The translations under genes and the position numbers were made by a program. A DNA stretch of 64,000 nucleotides. It comes from Octopus vulgaris (Eukaryota). Within the stretch, counting starts at the first letter, position 1. Every line of letters begins with the position of its first letter. The stretch spans positions 101,990,001-102,054,000 of the forward strand of contig OX597817.1 of NCBI GenBank assembly GCA_951406725.2. Reading direction: 5' to 3'. Below the pieces are notes generated by a model. That model was given only the letters and a program-made list of their open reading frames with translations, was not told where the DNA came from and made no database searches. Positions 13,411 to 26,950 of this stretch are shown here, one piece after another.

Positions 13411-15534
13411 ACTTTTTATACTTGCTTGAGTCCTATGAAATTTATTGAGATTGACTTTTATCCAGATGTTCTTAAGCTGAAGTTTAGTGTATCAGTTGAA
13501 AAATGTTACAAATTATTGCTGGAAATAATCTAACATGCCATTTCAGTATTTGCCTTTTTGGCTACTTAAGTTGTTATATGGTCTTGTGATTTACATTTCA
13601 TTATTATTTAGAAATTTACTTTACTTGAAAATGGGATTTATTTAATATATTTTAGTTCTAGTAGTATTCCACAGGTATTTTGAAAATTGTATGATGACAT
13701 TTATATTTTTCTGAAACATTTGAATCTTGAGAAAAAAGTCCTGAAAGGCAGTATTGAAGAGGCCATCATTCAATGAATCTATCATATTCTACTTATATTT
13801 CTTTCAATGTATGTATCTGTTTACTCTAACAGTACAGATAAACTTTAAACCAAGCCAGTAAAAAAAAAACAGTCAGTACCCCAGCATGGCCTCAGCCTTT
13901 GGGCTGTAATACATAAAAAGATTAAAGTAACACCCACAGCTATTTACTAAGGTTATCCCGCTTTGATTTAACTGTGTTATTATCTTCTATGTATCCACAT
14001 AGATACATTGACAGAAATAATTGATCATTAAAACCTGTAACAATAACTAAACTTTTATTTTTATTGCTTGTCACAGTATTCTATATGTTTAAAATCATGT
14101 AACTACTTTCCACCCCCATGTTCCTTTCAGTAAACACTTACTCACTCACTATCTCTTTGTTTCTCACGTTAACTATATCACATACCCCTGTACCTAACAT
14201 GTTTATATCTCTCTTTCTACTTTCTATCTCTTTCTTCAACTAAGTACACAACATAACAGCAATACTTTTTCTTGCCTCTGGGATAACACTCTTTTCTTTC
14301 TCACTTTTTGCCTCTCTTGAACTAACCACATAACAGCATCACACATTCAGTCTTAACGTAATAACTATTATTTTCCCCTTACCTCACGTTGTTAACACTT
14401 TTCTCTCCCTATTTTCTCTCATTCTTCGCCTCTCTTCTCAGTTAACCACAAGACAGCATAATATATTTGGCCTTAGCATATTAATATATACATTGTATGC
14501 TGGTGCTTTATAACATTGTGAAGAAGTGTTTTGCAACGGTTAGTTTACCACTATTGACACCTGATTAAAAGATGTGTTTGTGCTACCATGGAGTTGGATA
14601 TGGTATTATCAACCTCAACACATTTCCTAAAACTATAATTGAGGATATAATGAAAGAAGAAAAGAAAAAAAAAGAAGCGTATAGAATGTCAGAAAGTGAG
14701 GACACTAGCATTATAAATTTGTCTGTTGATAGCATAGTACTAAACCAAAAGCAGCATCTGAATCAGGGCTTATATAATAATAAAAAAAAAAGTCATCATC
14801 ATTATCTTTTTTGTCATCATCCAGTTGGGTGACTTGTCCAGGACAATGTGTCATGTCAAATGTCCTGACTGAGTGATGCAGCTTGAATGTCAGGCTGGGG
14901 TGTTAGTCACATTGGTCTTTCTCTAGCTGAAATGGCTACAGATGATAGCAAGTAGTTGGCTAACTGAACTGGTTGATCCTGGCCATTGACTGTTTATCTG
15001 TTCAATTGCTCAGCATCTAATGATATTCCCTATCAATTCAATAAGATTCATTTACTGAAATAGTTTACACCCACCATGATACATTTCAATGTACTTAGAG
15101 TCGAGTTGTTACATGCTATTTAACCCAGGTGTGACTACTCTGGTTGTGGGTCCCTGGTTTGGGTTTTGAGGAGTGTAGAAAGAAAAAAGATAATAATTTT
15201 ACAAAATAATACCTTAATACATTTTTCTTAAAGTGGATCAGACAAAGGTTTGTAGCCTAAGCCATGTATTCTTACTTTTAATGTTATTTTTGGTGAGTAA
15301 AAGGTGTAACCTTTCTTAAATATCTTTAAGTATTTAAAATTAAATTTTAAAGCATTTGCATGAACAAATGGATGAAAACTTTACTTTTTAATCACACACA
15401 CAAACAAATTGCCAGTTTATTCTTTTTGCTGTATGAGTGAAAAAAGTCAAGAAAACTCTAGGGTCACATGACTAAATTCATGTATTAAAAAGGTACCAAA
15501 AATACTTTCTCCATTGGTTAAATCTTTGTAGAAA

Positions 15535-15905
15535 GCAAGCATGGGTGTGTGGTAAAAAGTTTGTTCCCTAATCACATGGTTCCGGGTCCAGTCTACTAGT
15601 ACCTTCTCCTATAGCCTTGGGCTGACTAAAACCTTGTAAGTGGACTTGATAGAAGAAAACTGAAAAAATCCTATTGTATGTATATGTGTGTATGTGTGTG
15701 TGTATGTTTGTCCTTCACCAATGCTTGACAACTGGCATTGGTGTGTTTATGTTCCTGTGACTTAGTGATTTGGCATGAGAGACTAAAAGAATAAGCACCA
15801 GGCTTCAAAAAAAGTACTGGGGTCGATTCATTACACTAAAAATTATTTAAGGTGGTGCCCCAGCATGGCCACAATTTACTGATTGAAACAAGTAGATGAT
15901 AAAAG
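15535..15905 (+). mobile_element. tRNA-derived SINE, family A (diverged)
   Basis: Head, microsatellite and tail are as in the other copies. Confidence 0.8.
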
Positions 15906-16522
15906 CTAAATGTATATTCTTTGGTACTGAATAATTGTATGAAATATGTCAGAAAGCAATAAAGCAAACTTGTAAATTGACTAAATATGCATTTCTTGTC
16001 TAAATCTCTCCAACTATGAAGAAAGCCTCAGGAAAGTCCTCTGAATAGGCAAGTTTTTGATCTCTGCTGCACAGAACAATAAAAACATCAGCACTTCGAG
16101 AGAAAAATAGTTGACGTGTCTGCTGGCTTAACACAGCCAAAAGGCAAGCAGTAAAAATATCTGCTTTTTCTGTCTTGGTCACTGCTTTTACTATGACTGA
16201 AAGCACACAGTAAAATATCTGCTTCCTCTGTCTTTCTTGGTCACCCTTTCATTTTTTGTTTTGTCCTTTCTTATGCTCCTTTCTCGAAAATAATAGAATA
16301 CAAAGAAAATAACATCACTGCTCTTCCTATGACTGAAAACAAGCAGTAAAAAACTTGCTTTCCTTTGCCGTTCTTTCTCTTGACCACTTTATACTAAGAA
16401 ATGAAGGAATGCGAAATAAAATCTAGTGAAAATTATCAGCAATCAATTATATATTACACAAAAATTATTTATTGTGGAAAAATAGTAAGGCATGCAGTGC
16501 ATGCATAGACCCTTCGCTCCTG

Positions 16523-16554
<32 letters not shown>

Positions 16555-16599
16555 ATTTCGGGATGGTATTTTTTTTTTTGCCAAATATATTTGTTCTTC

Positions 16600-19256
16600 G
16601 AGTAGACAAAGCCATTAGTGCAAAGAGACAGGCCTGGAAAGCCTGGAGGGATGGGGGTAGCAGGGAACTGTACCAGGTAGCCAAAAGAGAGGCTGGGCGG
16701 CAGGTATACATAGCCAAAGATGTAGCAGAAAAGAAGTTTGCCAATGTCCAGCGACGTGAGGACCAAAGAGCTGAGGTATTTCGGATTGCCAGACAGTGTG
16801 TGAGAGAAAATAGTGATGTTACAGGAGAGAAATGTGTCCACATGGATGATGGGGCACTTGCTTTTAATGTTGGTGAAAAGAAAGAGGCTTGGAGAAGCCA
16901 TTATGAAAGACTGCTGAATGAGGAGAATGAATGGGAGGAGGAGAGCCTGCCAAATGTTGACCCAGTAGAGGGACCAGCTATCCGAATAGACAGCTCCTTT
17001 GTAGTTAAGGCAATTAAGGATATGAAACCATGTAAAGCCCCTGGCTCATCAGGAATCACTGCTGAGATGCTTAAAACAGCTGGCTATGTGGGCTATGGCC
17101 TAGTCACCCGCATTGTAAACCAGGTAGTTCATAATGGAGTCAACTGCTACAAGGGTAAGGGTGATGCTCTAGATAGAAATAACTACAGGGGTATTAAACT
17201 GTTGGATCAGGTGATGAAGGTCACAGAGAGGGTCATAACCCATCTCATTAGGGAGAGAATTTGCTTAGATGAGATGCAGTTCGGTTTTATGCCGGGTAGA
17301 AGCACCACTGATGCTATATTCCTGGTCCGACAACTGCAGGAGAAGTACCTAGCTAAAGATAAACCCCTCTACATAGCTTTTGTGGACTTGGAGAAAGCCT
17401 TTGACAGGGTTCCCTGATCCCTTATCTGGTGGTTGATGCGGAAACTGGAGATTGACGAATGGCTAATAAGGGCTGTACAGGCTCTATACAGAGAGGCTGT
17501 CAGCAAGGTTAGGATTGGCAACGAATATAGTGAAGAATTCCGGGTAGAAGTAGGTGTACACCAAGGCTCAGCCCTCAGTCCCCTTTTATTCATCATAGTC
17601 CTCCAGGCAATAACAGAGGAATTCAAAACATGATGCCCTGGGAGCTCCTCTATGCTGATGACCTGGCTCTCATAGCAGAATCACTACCGGAACTAGAAAA
17701 GAAATTTCGGGTGTGGAAGCAAGGGTTAGAATCAAAGGGCCTTAGAGTAAATGTAGCAAGGACCAAAGTTATAGTAAGCAGAAAAGCGAACTCAGCACAC
17801 ACACCCTTGGGCAGGTGGCCCTGCTCAATCTGTAGGAAAGGTGTAGGTAGAAACTCCATAAGATGCACCCAATGTAAGCTATGGACGCATAAGAGGTGCA
17901 GCAACATCAAAAGGAAATTAACTGATAAGATAGCTTTCATGTGCGGCAGACACCACAGACACTCAGAAAATAGATTCCATCACACTCCAGGGGGAGAAAC
18001 TAGAAGTAGTTGATAGTTTCTGCTACCTGGGTGACCAAGTTAGTAGTGGAGGTGGATGCTCAGAGAGTATCACCACTAGAATACGAATAGCCTGGGCAAA
18101 GTTCAGAAAGCTCCTACCCCTACTGGCGACAAAGGGTCTCTCGCTCAGAGTGAAAGGTAGATTGTATGATGCATGTGTGCGACCTGCCATGCTTCACGGT
18201 AGTGAAACATGGGCTGTGACTGCAGAGGACATGCGTAGACTTGAAAGAAATGAAGCTAGCATGATCCGCTGGATGTGTAATGTCAGTGTGCACGCATGAC
18301 AGAGTGTAAGTACCCTGAGAGAAATGCTGGACATAAGAAGCATCAGATGTGGTGTGCAAGAGCGACGCTTGCGATGGTATGGTCATGTACTGCGGATGGA
18401 TGAGGAGAGATATGTGAAGAAGTGCCACTCCCAAACAGTTGAAGGTATCAGGGGGAGAGGTAGACCCAGGAAGACATGGGATGAGGTAGTCAAGCATGAC
18501 CTCAGAGGGTTGGGCCTCACTGAGGCAATGGCGAAGGACCGAGATCTCTGGAGATATGCTGTGACTGCAAAGACCCGGGCTGCTTCCTGCACCAGTTCCA
18601 CATAGCCCCTGCCCATTCAAAGTACCCTGGATTCCAGAACGTCCCGCTGTGCTTGAAGAGACCTGTTGAGTCAAGTACATGAACATGAACATCGAAATAA
18701 ATATCAATGGAAATAGTAGTTGTGATACCTGTGCCGGTGGCACATAAAAAGCACCATCCGAACGTGGCCGTTGCCAGCACCGCCTCGACTGGCTTCTGTG
18801 CCGGTAGCACATAAAAAGCACCATCCGAACGTGGCCGATGCCAGCTCCGCCCCGACTGGCTTCTGTGCCGGTGGCACATAAAAATCACCGTCTGAACGTG
18901 GCCGATGCCAGCGCTGCCTCGACTGGCTCCAGTGCCGGTGGCACATAATAAAGCACCATCCGAACGTGGCCGTTGCCAGCGCCGCCTTGGCTGGCTTCCG
19001 TGCTGGTGGCACGTTAAAAGCTCCAACCGATTGTGGCCGATGCCAGACCCCCCTGGCACCTGTGCAGGTGGCACGTAAAAAGCACCCACTACACTCGTGG
19101 GGTGGTTGGCGTTAGGAAGGGCATCCAGCTGTAGAAACTCTGCCAGATCAGACTGGTGCCTGGTGCAGCCCCTGATTTCCCAGACCCCGGTCGAACCGTC
19201 CAACCCGTGCTAGCGTGGAAAACGGACGTTGAACGATGATGATGATGATGATGATG
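16600..19256 (+). mobile_element. 5'-truncated RTE-clade LINE, lightly decayed, with complete 3' UTR, (ATG)n tail and 13-bp TSD
   Basis: RT motifs KAPG..GI, NYRGIKLL, QFGFMPGRSTTDAIF, FVDLEKAFDRVP, GVHQGSALSPLLF and LLYADD; Cys-rich insert CSIC...CTQC..W.H..C; C-terminal RRLRWYGHVLRM...RGRPRKTW. TSD ATATTTGTTCTTC at 16587-16599 and 19257-19269. A few stops and frameshifts. Confidence 0.95.
18731..19075 (+). repeat. Tandem array of about 67-bp units (6 GTGCC-nnn-GGCAC hairpin motifs) inside the RTE 3' UTR
   Basis: The motif starts at 18731, 18798, 18865, 18932, 19000 and 19062. Confidence 0.9.
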
Positions 19257-19900
19257 ATATTTGTTCTTCACTTGTTTATTACTGTTCTTATTTTAACTCA
19301 TGTCCATTGTCTGGAAATCTTTCGTTACACATCTTTGACCTTTTTAGTGACACTTTCCATCCTTGTGTGTGCTCCTGCTCTGCTTAGTCCATTCTCTGAC
19401 CCTCTCAAAATACAACAATATCTGTTTCAACACATGGTTTCACATCAGGAATCTTGCAACACAAATTCATAAACATATATGTGTGTGTGTGTGTGTATAC
19501 ATGTATCTCTGTGTGTCTTTGCATTTTGCCTCCTTTGATTTGTTGTCAACTGATGTTGGTTTGTTTACATCCTCATAACTTAGTGGTTTTGCAAAAGAGA
19601 CTGATTGAATAAGTGCTAGAATTTAAAAGAGGTACTGGAGTCAGTTGTTCAACTAAATCCTTCAAGATAGTGCCCCAGCATGGCCACAGTTCAGTGAAGG
19701 AAGCAAGTAAAGATATGTCAGTAATGCAACTTGCATATTTCAAACTGTAATATTTTCAGTTTTGTAATCTCTTTTGAACACTTGGTTGTATAACCACACA
19801 CATCAGTGTGCTAACAGAATTAACAATTGTCATTGGATGAAGGCATGTCGCTTAGTGGTGAGGGTGTTGCACTCACAACTGCTAAATCATGGTTTTCATT

Positions 19901-20137
19901 TTAGGTGGCGAGCTGGCAGAAACGTTAGCACACCGGGCGAAATTCTTAGCGGTATTTTGTCTGCCACTATGTTCTGAGTTCAAATTCCGCCGAGGTCGAC
20001 TTTGCCTTTCCTTCTTTTCGGGGTCGATAAATAAAGTACCAGCTATGCACTGGGGTCGATGTAATCGCCTTAATCTGTTTGTCTGTCCTTGTTTGTCCCC
20101 TCTCTGTGTAGCTCCTTGTGGGCAGTAAAGAAATAAG
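19901..20137 (+). mobile_element. Young tRNA-derived SINE, family B, with a 15-bp TSD, inserted into the head of an older SINE
   Basis: TSD ATCATGGTTTTCATT at 19886-19900 and 20138-20152. Head GGCGAGCTGGCAGAAACGTTAGCAC...GAGTTCAAATTCC. CpGs are retained. Confidence 0.9.
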
Positions 20138-21216
20138 ATCATGGTTTTCATTACTGAAACAAGCAGCGTGTTATGTTCTTAAGCAAAACCCTTCATTTCA
20201 CATTGCTCTAGTACTGTGTGGGGACCAACATGTCAAAGAATAGACCTAATGTTTCTTCTGCATGTCATAAGTGACCAAAAGAGGTTGAGGCAGGATTTGC
20301 ACTCTGGTCTCTTAAAACCCTCACCAACAATGATTCAGTGGGAAAACAGATCCATGGATTGGAGGATTGTTGCTTGACTAGTGTCATCTGCCATGAGTAA
20401 GGAATCACCAACAAATGGTGGCTGCAGCAACTTGCTGTTGCAGCACATGCCCCTACACTACTACTAATATTGGATATGTTTGCTACGTATGCTATGTTTT
20501 AGACCTACAGAGCTACAGACAATGTAGTGCATGCATTAGTTGTTAGAAGTCACGGGATTGTCATTTGGTAGTTTTATTTTTGCACTTATATATTTTTTTA
20601 CACTCAAATGTAATGCTACCCACCAATTTTGACCCAGAATTTTGGAATATTAGATTACAATCTTGTATCCTACTTAGCATGAATATATTGTTATAATGTT
20701 GTAATACTGTGGAGTTCACCTTGAAAAATCTTGTATAGATGATTAGTGCTAGGAAGCACAGACAGATCAGTAATAAACAAAAAAAATCATTCAGCACCAG
20801 TGGCAGAACTGTGAGATCATGTGGTTTCAGTGTGTTTGCACCTTCTCAGCAGCAGGTGTCCACTCACTACATGCTAACCAAATATCACTGCTAACGATAT
20901 ATTGAAAAATTGTGACTATTCAGTCTCTGGTGTCTCAAATAGCCAACTGGGTCTGTAAAAATGAAGTATTAGTGATGGAAGCAGTATTAATACCAAATGG
21001 CAACCTTTGTTACTCAATGTGGATGTATTGTTAGAACACCATAATACAGCAGTATTTGCCTTGAGAAATACTTGCATATAGACTTTTAGAGCAATGAAGT
21101 ACAGACTTGAAATCAGCATTCTTATAATACATCCATGTTAAAGTAGGATTTAAAGATTGCCATTTGGTATTAATCCTGCTTCTATATTGAATTTTTTTAC
21201 ACAAGTAAATTCAGTA

Positions 21217-22096
21217 CAGGCATACCTCACCCTACGTCATTAATTGGTTCCAGGAGACACAACGTAAGTCGAATAACAACTTAAGTTGAATTAACTTGTC
21301 ACTAGGCTAAACCAATAATAAGCATTCCCAGTTCTGTACTTCATTTATCAATGCGTTTTTAATAATACCTGATTTGATATGCTTGATATGTGCTAAAATA
21401 CATATTTTAAGCATACAAACAAATCATTTTTTCTTATTGATGACAGTGTTCCTCATTCTTGGGACTTCAGATTTGATATGTGCTAAAATCTTGTTCTTAT
21501 TATGTACAATCGATGATATGGTTGTCCAACTCATCCCAAAAGATTGTGCAATTTGCACCACTTTTCCACCTTTTTGCAGGGCATTTTATAATAGCCAGTT
21601 TATCTTTCAGCATTTATAGCATGACACTTAGCACTTTCACTATGAATTTTCTTAGGAACCATGAATGAGAACGAGAAAGTAACCGATAAACAGATCTGAA
21701 TTCAAAACTATTGCGGGAATCATGAGTGATAATGACGCCTAACGGTAGATATGGGAACTACCGTACAATATGAGCTCTGATAAATAAGACAACACAGCTG
21801 ATTTCATGATTTCATTCACTAAGTTACACTACTTTATGGTGTGTATCTTAACATTTACTGTATGTATTTTAATATGATTTTATATGCTTTTATTCTTATT
21901 TATTATACGGTAACATGATTTTATGTGCCTTTAACGGTTTTCTAGTGATTTTATGATTCTAATATTTGTGGCAGGCAGATGTAAAGTTGAATAAAATGAC
22001 TTGACTTGATTTTTATTTTTCCATACATTATTTTTGAAAACCAACGGATAATTGAGAACAACTTAAATCGAAACAACTTAAGCCAAGATTTGCCTG
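21217..22096. mobile_element. Non-autonomous pogo/Tigger-type DNA transposon
   Basis: TA|CAGGCATACCT... and ...AGATTTGCCTG|TA. Subterminal AAC(G/T)TAAGT(C/T)GAA-like repeats at both ends. Confidence 0.65.
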
Positions 22097-22365
22097 TATA
22101 TTTATTCTCTTTATGAATCCTTGTAAATTTCCTATATTTGGTTACAATAACATTTACAGATAATACATTGTACTTATTTGTGCAAACACCCTGTATCTGA
22201 TAAAAGAGTTATTAAAAGAGTTCAGTGAAGTCAATTATTGTTAGGAGTAACAAATAGTTCTAACCCCTTTGTCATGTCTTTCAATTGTGGTGGTGGTGGA
22301 GATATGTGAAAACATGTTATCTTGGTTGCAAAATACCAATAAGAAAATGAAAGAAAGAGTATAGT

Positions 22366-22401
<36 letters not shown>

Positions 22402-23521
22402 AAAGCTTGTGAGTAGCAAGTAGTCAAAGTTTGTTACAAGATCCAAGTCATTTGAAATGGGAGAGAAGTGGTGATAGTAAAATCAGGTGAGGTTAGTGAG
22501 AACAAAGGCAAAAGAGGAATGAACAAAAAAAAATCTCAACAAAAAAAAAAATGACTTATACACAATAATGCAACATAACACACAAGCAATGTGAAATGCA
22601 GCTGGTAGAGAATTGAGATCAGTAATGTAGAATATGTAAAGAATTATAAAGAAGTAAGGAGTGGTCAGAATTATAATGAAAAAAAAAACGTCCCGAGTGG
22701 TGGGACAAGCTGGGCTGAAATGAAATAAATAGATCAGTAAACAAAGACACTAACTATATGCATTGTATGTTCAGTCATACATACAATGTATGTACAAAGT
22801 TGTATGCCGCATATGTTCCCAAACTGTGTGTATGCATGCCTGCATGCACACACACACACAATACACATATATATATGGGTACAAATATATGCACCACTAC
22901 AGATACTAAGAAAAAAACCCCCAGTTTTCAAGGGTGAAAGGCAGAGGCCTTCAGGATAAAGATAAAAAATTGCTACCTACACGCTATGCCCATATGTATT
23001 TACATAGGTTGACTGGCACTGTAATCTTTTGTTTCATATCATCATCATTTAACATCCATTTTCCATGCTTGCATAGGTTGGATGGTTAGGTAGGAATTGG
23101 CAAGTCAGAAGACTGCACCTAGCTCTGCTGTCTGCTTTGACATGGTTTCTATGGCTGGATGCCCTTCTCAATGCCAATCACTTGCATGATAAGGTACTTC
23201 AATTGACATGGGAGAAGTATCGAAAGACAAAAAGATGTCTTGCATTAGAGGAGAAACATGGCTACTCCATGTGGAGAGAGAAAAGGGGAGTGAAGAAGGG
23301 ATGGGGTGGAGGCAGGGGCCATACACTCAAGTTACAGGGAAGTGTATATTGTGAAGTGTAGTGGGGGTTGGAGAGTAAATTCACAAAATTGCAAAAGGAG
23401 AGTGGGAGCTGGATGGGCAGGAATGAGATGAATTTAGCTATAGAAATTTGTTTATTCATGATACAAACCATTGCCTACAGATTCTAAAATAAATCACTGA
23501 TGAACATTTTATTTCAGCTCC

Positions 23522-23662
23522 ATGCCATTCGCAATGGAATTTTTGACACTACTCATTGGTTACCTGCTGATCTTTTCCTGTATTACTGTTGTCTGCATTT
23601 GTGGAGAGCACCCCTCCTGTATCAATGGACCTCTGGGATGGATGAAGAACACCATATCCAAG
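23522..23662 (+). CDS. ZDHHC4: ZDHHC4-like palmitoyltransferase, coding exon 1 (start at ATG 23522 or 23534)
   Basis: Acceptor TTTTATTTCAG at 23517. MEFLTLLIGYLL... resembles the ZDHHC4 N-terminus (MDFL.L...YL). Donor AAG|GTAACA, phase 0. Confidence 0.85.
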
Positions 23663-23947
23663 GTAACATTCCCAAGTATTTGGTTTACTTACCTAACACT
23701 GATCACATTTTTCTATGATATTTGCACATAAGACATAGATATAAAAGTTCAAGTCATTATCTGTGTGCTGGTTGACTATAATTGTGTTTAGGCTGTGGAA
23801 AGTTAAGACCACATGTAATAATATATTTTCTCCATTGGTGTCTTATTGCAGGTGAAATAAAGATTAATATTTTAGAGTGTTTGTGTTCATGTTAGTGGAT
23901 TGTTCATTCAGGTTGGTGTGATATACTTTATACAACTTATGGTAATA

Positions 23948-24768
23948 CTGTAAAGACCCATGTAATATACGCATTTTTTCCACAAAAATAAAAATAAACT
24001 TTAGTGGGTGTATAAATTACATGTATAAACCATTTCCAGAATTTTTTTTTTGTTGAAAAAAGACATACAAAATGTAAACATTCGTACCGGGTTGATTCAT
24101 TTAATGTCAGAATAGGTTTTTACAGAAAAAATAAGGGCTTACATATAATGAAGTTGACTTTATTTATGCTGGACGGTATAATGCTTACTTTTTCTGTATA
24201 AATTTACTAAAACCATTAAATAGTTAACTTTTTGAAATCTCACGTTCATGCTGATAAACATGGTCTGGGTCATCTTCTGTTATAATAATACAAAAGGGAA
24301 GTATGTGAATGTTTGTGTGAACTAGTGTTCTTTCAGTATGAGATGTGACACCAATGATGATTGATGTCACATCTCAAAAGACAACTACTAGATAACATTG
24401 ACAAGTGTATTAATTTGATTTACTATCCATATTTATATATAAAATACTACAATTAGCTGTCATTTTTGACAGCATGGGGCCAGCTAGTATTATTATAAAC
24501 AACACAAACACTTTGTAATTTAATAGCTTTTAATGTGATACCTGTTAAACAGAAATTATTTTTAATTAATGAAAATTTAATAAAATCTAATAAGTTAGGG
24601 AAATTATACAACTATATATTGAAAACCTAAACATTTGTACTAAATACAACTATATTGAAAACCTTTTTCCTCTGGCCATATGGGCTATTCTGAAAACTTT
24701 TGGGGGTGAATTTTACATGAGTAGAGGCATAAATTACACAGGTGCACAAATTACATGGGTTTTTACGG
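23948..24768. mobile_element. pogo/Tc1-type MITE
   Basis: TIRs CTGTAAAGACCCATGTAAT / ATTACATGGGTTTTTACGG, each flanked by TA. Confidence 0.8.
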
Positions 24769-25934
24769 TATATAAACCCCATGCACTCACATGGAAGTCA
24801 CTCACACCAATCTAGTTCATGCCAAAATGGAAAAGGGACATTACATAATAATGATGTTAGTTAAGATTGATCAGATTTTTGATCAAAGGTATTTCATTCA
24901 TGACTATATTATCTTTTTACAAAACACAGTGCACATGATACTGCTTATCCACTGTGTCCTCCTCCCCTATAATGGTATATTGGAATTTGAGGGAGATTTG
25001 ATTAATATCGCTAGTAACTTTATTGGCTGGTACAAATTATGGTTCACTTATAGTTCTAACAATAGAGATTAAGATATTTAAAATTAAATATCAACGTCAT
25101 ATTTATTCCTGAATGAAATACTGACACATCATTGTCAGCCTATCATTGTTGTTCTCATTATCATGTCCATGTCTAACCATCTGTTTAACTGCTTCATGCT
25201 ATCTGCCTCTTATATAGAAAGAGAAACCTTTATTACGTTTAGGACAACAGCTCCTAAATTTCTAAAACCACCTCAAGCATTGATTATATCATCTGTGTAA
25301 GAGAAACTATTAACTACCTCTTGTGAGTTATCTGAGCTGTCTATGATTTTGTTTTAAGAGGTTCCTTTAGTGATCTAAATCATTGGTCCTGGTTTTCTGA
25401 CAACTAGTAATAGATCCCACTCTTACATATCCTTTGTTTGAATCGAGTATGCACAATTAAATTCTAATCTACTTTCTATGAATCAAGCAAGACCATTTCA
25501 TGGACAGTTGTTCAACTTCATGTTCTCTGTCACTAATTAGCACTTTTTGATAGGGGACCATCTCATCGACATATAAAATTCTCACCAACACAACCAATCC
25601 TCCCAAGATCTATAATAAATAGAGGCAAACGGATGACAGAACTCTTGTGGACATCTACTTGTATACAGAATTACTCTCTAAACTTGATGCCAAACTTAAC
25701 CTTGCTAACAGCATTCTCATACATATGGCTTGGATTGCACATCTCTCCTTAATGTCTTTCAATCACCAGGCATGAGCCCTGTGGCCCTAACCCAAACATA
25801 AACTGCATCTCATCCAAATTAGAACTAATTTTGTTAAAACTCCCTCAGCTGTTGTGATGATATGCCCTTTCCTGTACATTTCTTAGATCTTGTTATTGTT
25901 CAGAATGATACATGTATGACCTATTTAACATATA

Positions 25935-26950
25935 CAGGGTGACCAGGCTAAATTTGACTGTTTGCACTAAAGGTAAAGCAGACATCCAAAATAAAAGTAT
26001 TTTAAAAAATCAAAAAATATTAGGTAGATCAGTGGTTCCCAACCTTTTTATTTAAATGAGTTTTCCCACAGACCCCTTTTAATATGCTTATCTTTATGTA
26101 TATATATATGAAATTTTGAATTTAGTTCACGGACTGCCGGTACTATCTTTGTGGACCATCAGGGGTCTGCAGACTCCAGGCTGGGAACCATTGAACTAGA
26201 TTATGACTGGGAGATAACAGTTTACTCAGAGTAGCTTCCCTTAGCTTCCACCATAGTCTCAAATGGCATTGGAACCTGGCACATGCATTGCTCATTGTGC
26301 CCCTGGGAAGATTTTCCAACACCTCCTTGATCTTGGCCACCAGCTCAGCGTTGGTGTTGCAGCAAAGCCATTGTGTCTTTCTCAACTGCGGACTACACAT
26401 AGTAATCCATGGAATTACAATTAGAGGAATCAGAAGTACAGAAAATTGGGCTGGGGAAGTCATAAAAATTCTGACAACTACTTCTGACTCTTTTTTGAGG
26501 TATGGCAAGGAGGAGAATCTTACTGCCACTTATGCCCATCCGACAACAATTCTCTCCAGCTAGGAGTTGACCACAATATCCAGCAGCTTCACATAGCCAT
26601 CTGAATTGAGCATCAGACTTTGTTCAAAGATGTGGGGGTGAATTCTGGCATGTGGATGCAGTCAGAATGCCTGTTGTGTCCCTTCCTGCAAGCCCCAACT
26701 TTGTAGTCTCTGTTGCAGCTGTCCCTGTTAAGAACATCGAGCAGCAGTCATGCTGTCAGCATTTTGATAACCAGCGTGGATCATCATGATGCAGGTAACC
26801 TTTTTTCCAGTATTTAGATGGCTTCCAGTCCTCCATGTCAGCCAATTTTTTCTCAATTACAACTTTAATCTTTATGCTCTCCAATGCCATTCACTGTTCA
26901 CCAATACATCAAGCTATTTCTGAAAAAAAGAAGGCATAAAAATCATAAAA
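25935..26950 (-). mobile_element. Decayed Tc1/mariner-superfamily (maT/DD37D-like) transposon
   Basis: One end reads TA|CAGGGTG. - strand remnants resemble PHIFEQ.L.LN.D.Y..LL, WQ.DS.PCH, NP.DYYV and AC.RF...L. The other TIR was not found. Confidence 0.6.
26030..26192. mobile_element. hAT (Charlie-like) MITE nested in the maT remnant
   Basis: TIRs CAGTGGTTCCCAACC / GGCTGGGAACCATTG. The flanking 8-mers AGGTAGAT and AACTAGAT resemble a degenerate TSD. Confidence 0.7.

Noticed and set aside
18731-19075. CRISPR-like appearance of regularly spaced palindromic repeats (also 45558-45830)
   Set aside because: The spacers are homologous to each other, there are no cas genes, and the array lies inside a TSD-bounded eukaryotic LINE.
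18120-19203. Minus-strand ORFs of 234 and 228 aa
   Set aside because: They are antisense to the RTE ORF and the tandem array, with repetitive translation and no domain.
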